DNA of 64,000 bases from Roseomonas sp. (GTDB lineage Bacteria; Pseudomonadota; Alphaproteobacteria; Acetobacterales; Acetobacteraceae), in contig DATMRU010000032.1 of assembly GCA_035565935.1 (NCBI GenBank), positions 22,436-86,435 of the forward strand, given 5' to 3'. This document shows positions 44,701-53,415 of the stretch, piece after piece. The stretch's first letter is position 1, and each line of letters starts with the position of its first letter. A model generated the notes under the pieces. That model did no database searches. It was not told the origin of the DNA and saw nothing but the letters and a program-made list of their open reading frames with translations. Position numbers and translations under genes: made by a program.

Positions 44701-45468
44701 GACGTTGGAGCCCCATAGCAGCAGATAGCCGGAATTGTACCAGTCAGCACTTTCCGGCACATCCGTCTGCTCGCCGAAGGTCTGCGGCGAGGAGGGCGGC
44801 AGGTCGCAGTACCAGTCGTAAAAGGAGAGGCAGGTGCCACCGATCAGGCTGAGATACCGCGTACCCGCGGCATAGCTGATCATCGACATGGCGGGAATCG
44901 GCGAGAAGCCGACCACGCGGTCCGGCCCCCACTGCTTGATGGTGTGGATATTGGCGGCCGCGATCAGCTCATTGATCTCGTCCCAATCCACACGAACGAA
45001 TCCGCCGAGGCCGCGCACCTGCTGATAGGAGCGCCGCTTCGCCTCATCGTCCTGAATGGATTTCCAGGCCGCGACCGGAGAAAGTGTTTTTCTCGCCTCT
45101 CGCCACATTGCCAGAAGGCGCCCGCGCACCAGCGGGTACTTGATCCGGTTGCTGCTGTAGAGGTACCAGGAATAGCTCGCGCCGCGCGGACAGCCACGCG
45201 GCTCGTGATTCGGCAGATCGGGCCGCGTGCGTGGGTAATCGGTCTGCTGCGTCTCCCAGGTCACCAACCCGTTCTTGACATAAATCTTCCAACTGCAGCT
45301 GCCTGTGCAGTTCACACCATGGGTGGAGCGGACGATCTTCTCGCTCTGCCAGCGGGAGCGATAATTGTCCTCCCAGGCCCGGTTCTCGTCGGTGATCACA
45401 CCGTGACCACCGGCGAAGGTGCCTTTATATTTCCGGAAGAACAGAAGCCGATCAACGAACTGACTCAC
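41722..45468 (-). CDS. narG: Respiratory nitrate reductase alpha subunit
   Basis: STHGVNCTGSCSW, PRGCPRGASYSWY, FYDWYCDLPP, HYVGQEK, TPHQKWGIHS. Confidence 0.98.
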   Translation of the reverse strand: MSQFVDRLLFFRKYKGTFAGGHGVITDENRAWEDNYRSRWQSEKIVRSTHGVNCTGSCSWKIYVKNGLVTWETQQTDYPRTRPDLPNHEPRGCPRGASYSWYLYSSNRIKYPLVRGRLLAMWREARKTLSPVAAWKSIQDDEAKRRSYQQVRGLGGFVRVDWDEINELIAAANIHTIKQWGPDRVVGFSPIPAMSMISYAAGTRYLSLIGGTCLSFYDWYCDLPPSSPQTFGEQTDVPESADWYNSGYLLLWGSNVSMTRTPDAHFYTEARYRGAKSVVIAPDFIEVARFADLWLHPKQGTDAALALAMGHVILKEFFVDRQVPYFQDYVRKYSDLPFLVMLEERGEELVAGRMLRAADFADGLGQANNPDWKPVVIEEATGDVVAPQGTAGFRWGEQGKWNLEPKDGGDGHAISPRLSLREEGGEVATISFPYFGNGGRFGRTDHAPVQRRRVPVRRLTLKDGSQVQVATVFDLMLGSYGVSRGLGDDGAASFDDDTPGTPAWQERITGVPRERCIAVARGFAANAEATKGRSMVILGAGLNHWYNMDMSYRAIMAMLVLCGCIGQSGGGWAHYVGQEKLRPQAGWLPVAFASDWVRPPRQMNGTSYFYAHTDQWRYERMELHEQISPLADPSRWSGTLIDCNVRAERMGWLPSSPQLARNPLQVAREARAAGKDPVAHIAEGLNSGALRMACEDPDAPENWPRNLFVWRSNLLGASGKGHEYFLKHLLGARNNVLNEESDQRPEEVVRRERAPEGKLDLLVTIDFRMNTTTLFSDIVLPTATWYEKADLNTSDMHPFIHPLQAAVDPVWGARTDWAIFREIAKAFQRLAPGELGVEEDVVLTPTLKDTPSELSQPYGGQDWRRGGPAGVPGRTMPAITLVQRDYAATYDRFTSVGPLLEERGNGTKGMVWDTKEEVKRLRHVNMPERADRPRMRDDLDAIETVLTLAPETNGHVALKAWQALSKVTGRDHTHLIARRVDEKIEFRDIAAQPRPILTSPVWSGIESHEICYNAGWTNVHELIPWRTLTGRQEIYQDHPWMRDFGEGFATYRPPIDTRSVSDDLTRLHDNGNPPLVLNFLTPHQKWGIHSTYTENLIMLTLARGGPIVWINERDAAEASIEDNDWIEAFNRNGALVARAVVSQRIPRGAAFMYHAAERTANVPGSEVTQNRGGIHNSVTRVVLKPTHMIGGYAQLSWGFNYYGTVGSNRDEFIILRKMVKVDWRDRPLSEKRPIMKAEEATRLEGNRA

Positions 45469-45542
45469 TGGCCTGAGCCTCCCAGGGTTTGTCTGGCGGC
45501 AAGCGGATCGTGAGAAGCTAGCTTCAGCGGGCGCGGACGCTC

Positions 45543-45558
45543 CTTGCGTTAGCGCAAG
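45543..45558. promoter_or_regulatory. Crp/Fnr-family (NnrR-type) box upstream of narG
   Basis: Perfect palindrome CTTGCG-TTAG-CGCAAG, about 75 bp upstream of narG start. Confidence 0.7.
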
Positions 45559-45603
45559 TACCTCAAAAACTGGCCATCAAAAAACAGTGCGGAGGAGGAT
45601 CGG

Positions 45604-46302
45604 TCAGCCACCCCTATTTGCAATCTGCTCCAGACGCTGCCGATTGCGCAGCACCACGCGGAGTCGCCCCGTCTCCACAAGGCCCTGTTTCGCCCAGTTC
45701 CGCAGAACGCGGCTGACGCCATAGAGATCGGTCCCGACGATCTCGGCGATGTCCTGACGGGAAAGCGGATAGCCGATTTCGATTCCTTCAGATGCCGCGA
45801 CGCCCGTCTGCCCGGCAAGGCGCAGGAGAGTTCGGGCGATTCGCTGCTCCACGCGTTCCGTGGCCATTTCCCCGAGGCGGTGTGCCAGTTCCTCCGCGCG
45901 TCGGCCGACATAGTCGAGAGCATTGGTTCTGATCGCGGGGTACTGCTCCATCAGCTCATTGGCCCGCGCGGCCGTCCAGGACAGCAGAATGCACTCGGTG
46001 AATGCGGTGGCGCTGGCCGGGAAGGGAATCCGCCGGAACACCGCGACAGCCCCGACGAGATCGCCCGGCCCGAGCATGTGAAGGGTGGCGGGGGTGCCGC
46101 CGGCCCGCATCTGCCACACCTTCACGATCCCCTTCCCGAGAACAATGAGTTCCGTCGGCAGATCTCCCTGGTGGAAGAGCATCGTCTTCGCGGCGACCAT
46201 TCGCACACTGAGGGCTTGCAACACATCGTCGAGCGCTGGCGGAGACAGATCTGCCACAAGCGGGCTCTGCACCAGCAGCTCGCGGACAGCCGGGACGCTC
46301 AT
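45604..46302 (-). CDS. Crp/Fnr-family transcriptional regulator (NnrR/NarR-like)
   Basis: LFHQGD, GDLVG, VEQRIARTLL, HTH LSRQDIAEIVGTDLYGVSRVL; no FNR Cys cluster. Confidence 0.9.
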   Translation of the reverse strand: MSVPAVRELLVQSPLVADLSPPALDDVLQALSVRMVAAKTMLFHQGDLPTELIVLGKGIVKVWQMRAGGTPATLHMLGPGDLVGAVAVFRRIPFPASATAFTECILLSWTAARANELMEQYPAIRTNALDYVGRRAEELAHRLGEMATERVEQRIARTLLRLAGQTGVAASEGIEIGYPLSRQDIAEIVGTDLYGVSRVLRNWAKQGLVETGRLRVVLRNRQRLEQIANRGG

Positions 46303-46457
46303 GATGCTGCAATTTCTCCCTACGAATGCTGCGAGAATCGTACCCTGACAGACCGCACCGCACATCCCCCGGGAGCCGCCGTGCGTTTCGGTCCTGCCCG
46401 CCTTCCGCCAGATCCGTCAGCAGTTCGGCTTCACCTCCCCGCTGATGACCGGCATCG

Positions 46458-47252
46458 CTAGGCGGAGCTCCCCAGCTGCGCCTCCATGCTGTCAACGCAC
46501 TCTTGCATCGCCGCCAACACTTCCTGCTCTGGAAGCTCCTGGAAGCGATAGCGGGGCAGGCTGACGCTGATGCAGCCCAGCACCTTTCCCTCCGGGCCCT
46601 TGCAGGCCTTCCCGTAGCAGCAGATGTCCAGCTCGTTCTCCTGCAGGTCTAGGGAGTAGCCGCGCTCCCGCGTCTTCGCGATCTCGGCGCGCAGACTCTC
46701 CAGATCCTTGATGCTGTGCGGCGTGCGCGGCGTCAGGTCGATGCCCGCCAGCACCTGCTGCAATTCGGGCTCGGTCAGGCTGGCCAGCCAGGCCTTGCCC
46801 ACGGATGTGGAATGCAGCGGGACCCGCGTACCGATGCGGGATGCCATCCGAACGTTGCGGCGGCTCTCGAGCTTGTCGATGTAGACCATCCCCTCCCCTT
46901 CATGCACGGCAAGATGGACAGTCTCATCCAACCTGTCGCGCAGACGGGAGAGGCTTTCCTGCGCCACCTGTCGCAGCGCCGAGCCATCCCAAGCGCGGAA
47001 TGCCAGGCTGACGAGCCTCGGGCCAAGCCCGATCCGCCCGGAGAACTCCTCCGCCAGCATGCCTTCGGCCAGGAGGGCCGCGACGATCCGATGGATCGTG
47101 GGACGAGGCATGCCGAGGTCGCGGCTGAGCTGGCCGATCGTCACCTTCCCCGGGGCATCCGCCACGGCCTGCAGCACATTCATGAACTTGCCGAAGGCGG
47201 CCGTCCCGGGAACCTCCGGACGGCTCCTTCCCTCCGGATGCCGGATCGGCAT
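46458..47252 (-). CDS. IclR-family regulator
   Basis: LSRDLGMPRPTIHRIV, LHSTSVGKAWLA, RERGYSLDLQENE. Confidence 0.93.
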   Translation of the reverse strand: MPIRHPEGRSRPEVPGTAAFGKFMNVLQAVADAPGKVTIGQLSRDLGMPRPTIHRIVAALLAEGMLAEEFSGRIGLGPRLVSLAFRAWDGSALRQVAQESLSRLRDRLDETVHLAVHEGEGMVYIDKLESRRNVRMASRIGTRVPLHSTSVGKAWLASLTEPELQQVLAGIDLTPRTPHSIKDLESLRAEIAKTRERGYSLDLQENELDICCYGKACKGPEGKVLGCISVSLPRYRFQELPEQEVLAAMQECVDSMEAQLGSSA

Positions 47253-47261
47253 TCAAGGCTC

Positions 47262-47987
47262 CTATGCGACGAGATAGCCCCCATCCACTGGCAGGATGAC
47301 GCCTGTCAAGAAGCCTGCCGCCGGGCTGACCAGGAAGGCGACGGCCTGCGCCACGTCCTCCGGCTGCCCCCATCGGCCGAGTGGCGTGCGGGACAGGATG
47401 GGTTGTGACCGCGCAGGGTCATCCTGCAGGGCCTGAGTCAGCGGCGTGGCGATCCAGCCCGGCGCCACGGCATTCACCCGGATGCCATCCGGCGCATAGG
47501 CCACCGCCAGGGACTTCGTCAGCTGGGCCACGCCTCCCTTGCTGGCAGTATAGGCCGGCACCAGGCCGCCGCCGAAGAAGGACAGCATCGAGGCGGTGTT
47601 GACGATGCAGCCGCCGCTCGCCGCCAGCTTGGGGCGGGCCGCGGTGCAGAAGCGCATCGTGCCGGTCAGGTTCACCGCCAGCACCTTCTCGAAGACCTCG
47701 AGTTGGTGCTCCTCAACGCGCCGGATCATCCCGGCGCAATTGACGAGGATATCGAGGCGCTCAAGGGAAGCGACGAAGTCCTGGACACCGGCGGCATCCG
47801 TGACGTCAAGCTCCCGCGCCACGACATCCGCATCCGGCGGAGCGCGATAGGCTTCGGCCCCGAGGCCGACGGCGGCGACCTTGCAGCCCAGCTGGCCGAG
47901 CGCCCGGGCGATGGCGGCGCCGATACCTGTCGTGCCCCCCGTGACGATCGCCGTCTTGCCGGCGAGCAGATCCTGTCTGAACGTCAT
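47262..47987 (-). CDS. SDR oxidoreductase
   Basis: TGGTTGIG, YTASKGG, VNAVAPGWI. Confidence 0.93.
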   Translation of the reverse strand: MTFRQDLLAGKTAIVTGGTTGIGAAIARALGQLGCKVAAVGLGAEAYRAPPDADVVARELDVTDAAGVQDFVASLERLDILVNCAGMIRRVEEHQLEVFEKVLAVNLTGTMRFCTAARPKLAASGGCIVNTASMLSFFGGGLVPAYTASKGGVAQLTKSLAVAYAPDGIRVNAVAPGWIATPLTQALQDDPARSQPILSRTPLGRWGQPEDVAQAVAFLVSPAAGFLTGVILPVDGGYLVA

Positions 47988-49288
47988 GCGAGATGCTCCT
48001 GCAGGGCCAGCCGCTCCGCGCCTTCCAAGGGCTTGCGCACCAGGACAAGGTAGGCGACCGCCGCCAGCGCCGCCACGACGGCGGCGGCGAGAAGGGCGTT
48101 CACATAGGAGCCCGTGCTCTCGACGATGTAGCCCGTGATGACCGGCGCGAAGGAACCAGCGAAGTAACCACCGAAATTCTGAATGCTGCCCAGCGAGGCG
48201 ACTTGGCGCTGCGGAACCGCCACGCTGACCATCGTCCAGGCTGCGGCGCTCGCCATGTTGATGAAGAACATCGCCAGCGAGATGTAGACGACGGCCATCG
48301 TCACGCTGCCGGTATAGGCTGCGGGGACGGTGAAGACCGCGCCGCCCAGCAGGCCGACACAGACCGGCCACTTGCGGCTGGCCACGATGCTCATGCCTCG
48401 CCCCAGCAGCCGGTCCGCGACACGGCCGGCGCAGAGCATCCCGAGGGTGCCGAAGACATAGGGGATGGCGACGACCCAGCCGGTCCGGGCCACGCTCAGG
48501 CCGCGCTCATGCTCCAGATAGGCGGGCAGCCAGGTCAGGTACAGCCAGACCATGTAGATGACACCCATGAAGCCCAGGATCATGCCCCAGGTGGTGACAT
48601 GCCCGAAGAGGCCGCGCCATTCCGCGAAGCTCAGGCTGCGGCTGCTGGCCGTGGTGTCCGTTCCCTCGTCCAGATGCGCGACCTCGTCGGGCTCCAGCAT
48701 GACCTCGGCGCGATTCCGGTGCATCAGATACCAGCCGATGGCGACGATGATGCCGGCAAGCCCAGTGATGATGAACATCCCCCGCCAGCCGAAACCCAGC
48801 AGCATGGCCGTCAGCAGTGGCGGAGCGATGCAGGGGCCGATGCAGGAGGAGGCCACGAAGATGCCGGTGGGCGTGCCACGCTCCCGGACATTGAACCACT
48901 CGCTGATCGTTTTCGCGCCAGCGGGAAACTGCGGTGCCTCGCCGAGCCCGAGCACGACGCGCGCCAGGATGAACTGCTGGAAGTTGGCGACGAACCCGCT
49001 GACGAGCTGCGCAAGAGACCAGAAGAACATCCCGGCGCCCAGCATGATGCGCGACCCGAGGCGGTCCAGCAGCGCGCCGATCGGCAGCTGCGAGAAGGAA
49101 TAGGCCAGCGAGAAGGCGGAGAGCAGCCAGCCCATCTCCGCCGGCGAGAGCGCCATCTCGTCACGGATCGCCACATTGGCGATGGAGAGGGCACTGCGGT
49201 CGAGGTAATTGATGATTCCCGCCGCGGTCAGAAAGGCGACCGCGATCCATTGGATGCGGCGAAGCCGCGGAGTCTTGCCGGCCATCAT
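47984..49288 (-). CDS. MFS transporter, ACS (sugar-acid) family
   Basis: INYLDRSALSIA, GLGEAPQFP, ERGTPTGIF. Confidence 0.92.
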   Translation of the reverse strand: MMAGKTPRLRRIQWIAVAFLTAAGIINYLDRSALSIANVAIRDEMALSPAEMGWLLSAFSLAYSFSQLPIGALLDRLGSRIMLGAGMFFWSLAQLVSGFVANFQQFILARVVLGLGEAPQFPAGAKTISEWFNVRERGTPTGIFVASSCIGPCIAPPLLTAMLLGFGWRGMFIITGLAGIIVAIGWYLMHRNRAEVMLEPDEVAHLDEGTDTTASSRSLSFAEWRGLFGHVTTWGMILGFMGVIYMVWLYLTWLPAYLEHERGLSVARTGWVVAIPYVFGTLGMLCAGRVADRLLGRGMSIVASRKWPVCVGLLGGAVFTVPAAYTGSVTMAVVYISLAMFFINMASAAAWTMVSVAVPQRQVASLGSIQNFGGYFAGSFAPVITGYIVESTGSYVNALLAAAVVAALAAVAYLVLVRKPLEGAERLALQEHLA

Positions 49289-49329
49289 GCCGTATTTCCT
49301 TAATGAGATCCTGGACGGTGACGGGGCGC

Positions 49330-50055
49330 TCAGTAGGTTGCGCGGCCTCCCGACAGATCAAAGACAGCACCGGTGCTGAAGGAGCAGCTATCGGAGCAGA
49401 GAAACAGCACGAGTTCGGCCACTTCCTCCGGCTCGCCGAGCCGGCCCATCGGGCTTTTGCTGATCATGGTCTCGACATGCGCGGGGCTCATCTGCTCCAG
49501 CAACGACGTGCGCACCGCCGCCGGCGCCACGGCGTTCACGCGCACCGCGGTCTGCGCCAGCTCCTTGCCGAGCGACTTGGTGAGAGCCAGCACGCCGGCC
49601 TTGGCGGCGCTGTAGGCAGAGGCGTTCGACGTCCCCTCCTTCCCCGCGAGCGAGGCGACATTGACGACCCGCCCCCACCCATTCCGGACCAGCGCCGGAA
49701 CCACCGCCTGGCAGACCAGGAAGGTTCCGGTCAGGTTGACATCCAGGATGCGGCGCCACTCCGCGGCGGGGTATTCGATGAGCGGCGCGGTCAGGCCGGC
49801 ATAGCCGGCGTTGTTGACGAGAATATCGACATGCCCGTGCCGCCGCTGCGTTTCCTCCAGGGCCTGGGCGATGGAGCCGCCGTCCGTGACATCCACCGCC
49901 AGCCCGTCGCTGTCCGGGCTGGGATCGCGATCCCACACCACGACGGTCGCGCCGCAACGGGCCAGGGCGGCGGAGATCGCCGCACCGATGCCCCGGGCAC
50001 CGCCTGTCACGATGGCGACACGGTCCGCCAGGTCGAAATGCGCCAGCGCCGGCAT
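49330..50055 (-). CDS. SDR oxidoreductase
   Basis: TGGARGIG, LVNNAG, YSAAKAG. Confidence 0.92.
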   Translation of the reverse strand: MPALAHFDLADRVAIVTGGARGIGAAISAALARCGATVVVWDRDPSPDSDGLAVDVTDGGSIAQALEETQRRHGHVDILVNNAGYAGLTAPLIEYPAAEWRRILDVNLTGTFLVCQAVVPALVRNGWGRVVNVASLAGKEGTSNASAYSAAKAGVLALTKSLGKELAQTAVRVNAVAPAAVRTSLLEQMSPAHVETMISKSPMGRLGEPEEVAELVLFLCSDSCSFSTGAVFDLSGGRATY

Positions 50056-50612
50056 CAGCGCAGGAACTGGTCCGCGTAGTCCGCCCCGAGGCCGACCTTC
50101 GCATAGTGCTCGCGGCACATCTCCAGCTTGGTGAAGACGTCCTCGTAGCCGACGTTCTTTCCCCAGGGATCCACGTAGTACATGCAGCCGTTCACCTGGA
50201 AGTAGGTGATCATCTCCTCGACACCCTCATCGACCACCAGGGTGTGGGTTTCGCCGGGCGGCTCGAAGGCATAGGAGCCTTCCGTCGCGATCCAGTCATG
50301 CTCGAGGTAGCGCCAGCTTCCCTTCAGCACGAAGGCATGGACCGGGCCGGGGTGCCGGTGGCGGCTCAGCACGCCGGATTTGCGCACCTTCAGCAGGTTC
50401 ATCCAGTAGCCGCCCGAGCGGCTCAGGCAGAGCGGCCGGAACCAGACATTCTCGGCCTGCGGCACCCAGATCCGCTCGTCCTGCGGAATGGCCGGCGCAA
50501 CCACCAGGTCCGGCAGGCATTCCTTCGGCTGCGCGAACTGATAGGGCATGCGCCGCAGCGTTTCGGGATCGTGGCCCGCAGCCGGATCGGCAGCAGGGGA
50601 GGCTGCGTTCAT
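50055..50612 (-). CDS. Cupin, 2,4'-dihydroxyacetophenone dioxygenase-like family
   Basis: RHRHPGPV, GSWRYLEHDW, FEPPGETHTL. Confidence 0.85.
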   Translation of the reverse strand: MNAASPAADPAAGHDPETLRRMPYQFAQPKECLPDLVVAPAIPQDERIWVPQAENVWFRPLCLSRSGGYWMNLLKVRKSGVLSRHRHPGPVHAFVLKGSWRYLEHDWIATEGSYAFEPPGETHTLVVDEGVEEMITYFQVNGCMYYVDPWGKNVGYEDVFTKLEMCREHYAKVGLGADYADQFLR

Positions 50613-50625
50613 GGGCGTCTCTTCC

Positions 50626-50660
50626 GTCCATATTGTGGACATATCGTCCGATATGTGGAT
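50626..50660. promoter_or_regulatory. Tandem palindromic operators, probably IclR sites
   Basis: GTCCA-TATTG-TGGAC (50626-50640) and GTCCG-ATATG-TGGAT (50646-50660), 14 bp upstream of cupin start. Confidence 0.65.
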
Positions 50661-50992
50661 AGTCCGGTAAGCCCCTGGCTCTGTCAATTGCGGCCGCTGC
50701 AGGCTTGCAGGCTGCGTGGAACACCAGATCCGGAGCCCGGGCGGGGCGAGGGGACCCAGCCTGGGCAGGCACCGGCGGCCTGCCCTTCCCAGCCAGCGGC
50801 ACATCAGCCCGCCGATAAAGCGCCCGATCGCTGCTGCCCCCCGCCTCCCGGCAGACATACGCGGGCCAAGCCCTCCCTTCCTCGCCGACACATCGCGGCC
50901 GGCGCCCTCAACTTGCCGCTGGACGAGGCGCTGGCGCCGGAACATACGAGAGGAAGGCGCAGAGATGCCGCGGGAGAGAAAGAAAGAGCAAC

Positions 50993-51433
50993 ATGCCGGA
51001 GAAGCATCTGCGGCCGAGGGGACAGCAATTTGCCGCGCTCCCGCTGTCCGAGATCGAGGGAGAGCTGCGGGTCCTGCTGGTCACCAGCCGGGAAACCCGG
51101 CGCTGGGTGCTGCCGAAGGGCTGGGCGGAGGAAGGTCTCTCCCCCGCCGAGCTGGCCGCCAAGGAAGCCTTCGAGGAGGCCGGCGCCCTGGGGCGGATCA
51201 CGCCGCGGGCGATCGGCGCCTATCACTATCGCAAGCGCCTGAAGACGGGGCAGGAGCTTTATTGCGAGGTCGGCGTCTTCCCGCTGCGTGTCGAGCGCCT
51301 GCTGGATGACTGGCCCGAGGCGCACCAGCGGGAGCGGCGCTGGTTCGCTCTGCCCCAGGCGGCCGAGCAGGTGCAGGAGAAGGAGCTGGCGGCGCTGCTG
51401 GTCGACCTGCCGGACCTGCCGCAGGAGGGTTGA
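50993..51433 (+). CDS. NUDIX hydrolase, DIPP-like
   Basis: VLLVTSRETRRWVLPKGW and Nudix box AAKEAFEEAG. Confidence 0.92.
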   Translation: MPEKHLRPRGQQFAALPLSEIEGELRVLLVTSRETRRWVLPKGWAEEGLSPAELAAKEAFEEAGALGRITPRAIGAYHYRKRLKTGQELYCEVGVFPLRVERLLDDWPEAHQRERRWFALPQAAEQVQEKELAALLVDLPDLPQEG

Positions 51434-51585
51434 CCGGCCCTCCCGGGCGCCCCTCGCACCGCATGGGGCGGGACAAGGGGGGATTACCCTGCCCCGCCGC
51501 CTGGATTATGACAGCCCGATGACGGCGCCGGGCGGTGCGAGGAGTACCCGGGCGGCCGCCGCTCTGCCGAGGAGGACTGTTCCGG

Positions 51586-52230
51586 ATGCTGCATTTGTTC
51601 CGCCGGCTGCTGCCGCGCGAGGAGCGGTTCTTCGATATGTACACCCGCCACGCCGACGCCGTGCTCCGCGGCGCGGTCGAGCTGCGCGGCATGCTGGATG
51701 GCGGCGCCGCGGTGCAGCGCCATTTCCCCGGCGTGCTGGCGGCGGAGGATGATGCCGACGCGATCACCCGCGAGGTGGTGCAGGCCGTCCGCCGCACCTT
51801 CGTCACTCCCTTTGACCGTGGCGATATCCAGGCGCTGATCGGCCGGATGGACGACACGGTGGACCAGATGAAGAAAACCGCGAAGGCCATCGCCCTGTTC
51901 GAGATGACGGAGTTCGACGCCGACTTCCGGCGAATGGGCGATGCCATCGTGCGCTCCGCGAACCTGCTGCGGGAGGTGGTGCCGCTGCTGGCGCGGATCA
52001 GCACCAATGCGCCGCAGATCAACACCCTCTGCGAGCAGATCCGCCAGGTCGAGGGCGAGGCGGACGATGTCCACGATGCCGGGGTGACGGAACTGTTCCG
52101 CCGCACCCGGCCGGAGGACGCGCTGCGCTTCATCGCGGCGCGGGAGGTGCTCGACCTGCTGGAGAAGGTGGTCGACCGCTTCGACGACGCAGCGGACGAG
52201 ATCGAAACCATCGTGGTCGAGCACGTCTGA
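51586..52230 (+). CDS. DUF47 Pit accessory phosphate transport regulator
   Basis: FVTPFDRGDI, IRQVEGEADD, DRFDDAAD; upstream of pit. Confidence 0.9.
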   Translation: MLHLFRRLLPREERFFDMYTRHADAVLRGAVELRGMLDGGAAVQRHFPGVLAAEDDADAITREVVQAVRRTFVTPFDRGDIQALIGRMDDTVDQMKKTAKAIALFEMTEFDADFRRMGDAIVRSANLLREVVPLLARISTNAPQINTLCEQIRQVEGEADDVHDAGVTELFRRTRPEDALRFIAAREVLDLLEKVVDRFDDAADEIETIVVEHV

Positions 52231-52245
52231 CCCGGGCCGCGAGAG

Positions 52246-53250
52246 ATGGACGCCACGCTGGCCCTGCCGCTGCTCTACGGCCTGATCGCCGTCGCGCTGC
52301 TTTTCGACTTCCTTAACGGCCTGCACGATGCGGCCAATTCCATCGCCACCATCGTTTCCACCCGCGTGCTGCGGCCGCAATACGCCGTCCTCTGGGCGGC
52401 CTTCTTCAACTTCATCGCCTTCCTGTTCTTCGGGCTGCACGTCGCGCACACCATCGGCACCGGCATCGTGGATGCGGAGCTGATCGGCCCGCGGGTGATC
52501 TTCGGCGCGCTGACCGGGGCGATCGCCTGGAATCTCATAACCTGGCGCTTCGGCATTCCCTCCTCCAGCTCGCACGCGCTGGTCGGCGGCATCGTCGGCG
52601 CCGGCACCGCGAAGGCCGGCTTTGGCGCCATCGTCTGGTCCGGCCTGGGCAAGACGCTGGCGGCGATCGTCCTCTCCCCGCTGCTCGGGCTGGTGCTGGC
52701 GCTGCTGCTGGTGCTGATCGTCTCCTGGGTCTTCGCCCGCAAGACACCCTTCGTGGTGGACAACACCTTCCGCCTGCTGCAGTTCGTCTCCGCCTCCTTC
52801 TACTCGCTCGGGCACGGCGGCAATGACGCGCAGAAGACCATGGGCATCATCGCCGTGCTGCTCTATTCGCAGGGGATGATGCAGGGCGGCTTCCATGTGC
52901 CGCTCTGGGTGGTGCTGAGCTGCCAGCTCGCGATGGGCCTCGGCACGCTGTTCGGCGGCTGGCGCATCGTCCACACCATGGGCTCGAAGATCACCCGGCT
53001 GACGCCCATGCAGGGCTTCTGCGCCGAAACCGGCGGTGCGATAACCCTCTTCATGGCCACCGAACTCGGCGTGCCGGTCTCCACCACGCACACCATCACC
53101 GGCGCCATCGTCGGCGTCGGCGCGGCGCGTCGCGTCTCGGCGGTGCGCTGGGGCATTGCCGGCAACATCGTCATCGCCTGGGTGATCACCCTGCCGGCGG
53201 CCGCGCTGATCGCCGCCCTGGCCTATGCCGCCGTGGGGCTGTTCGGCTAG
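52246..53250 (+). CDS. pit: Inorganic phosphate transporter, PiT family
   Basis: NGLHDAANSIAT, PSSSSHAL, GHGGNDAQK, PVSTTH. Confidence 0.95.
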   Translation: MDATLALPLLYGLIAVALLFDFLNGLHDAANSIATIVSTRVLRPQYAVLWAAFFNFIAFLFFGLHVAHTIGTGIVDAELIGPRVIFGALTGAIAWNLITWRFGIPSSSSHALVGGIVGAGTAKAGFGAIVWSGLGKTLAAIVLSPLLGLVLALLLVLIVSWVFARKTPFVVDNTFRLLQFVSASFYSLGHGGNDAQKTMGIIAVLLYSQGMMQGGFHVPLWVVLSCQLAMGLGTLFGGWRIVHTMGSKITRLTPMQGFCAETGGAITLFMATELGVPVSTTHTITGAIVGVGAARRVSAVRWGIAGNIVIAWVITLPAAALIAALAYAAVGLFG

Positions 53251-53415
53251 GCGCCGAAGGCCTCTGCGAAAGGGGGGCGGCCGGCGCCTTACTCCGCGCC
53301 GCCCACCGCCCCCGGCGTGCACTATCCTGACCGCCCTCCCGGGGCGATGGCACAGGCGGCAACTTCCTGCCTAGGCTCCTGGTCCGGATCGACATTCGCC
53401 ACGGAGCCCCGCCCG

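Noticed and set aside
45560-45600. Canonical FNR box near narG
   Set aside because: Only an ATCAA half-site is present, with no TTGAT partner at N4 spacing
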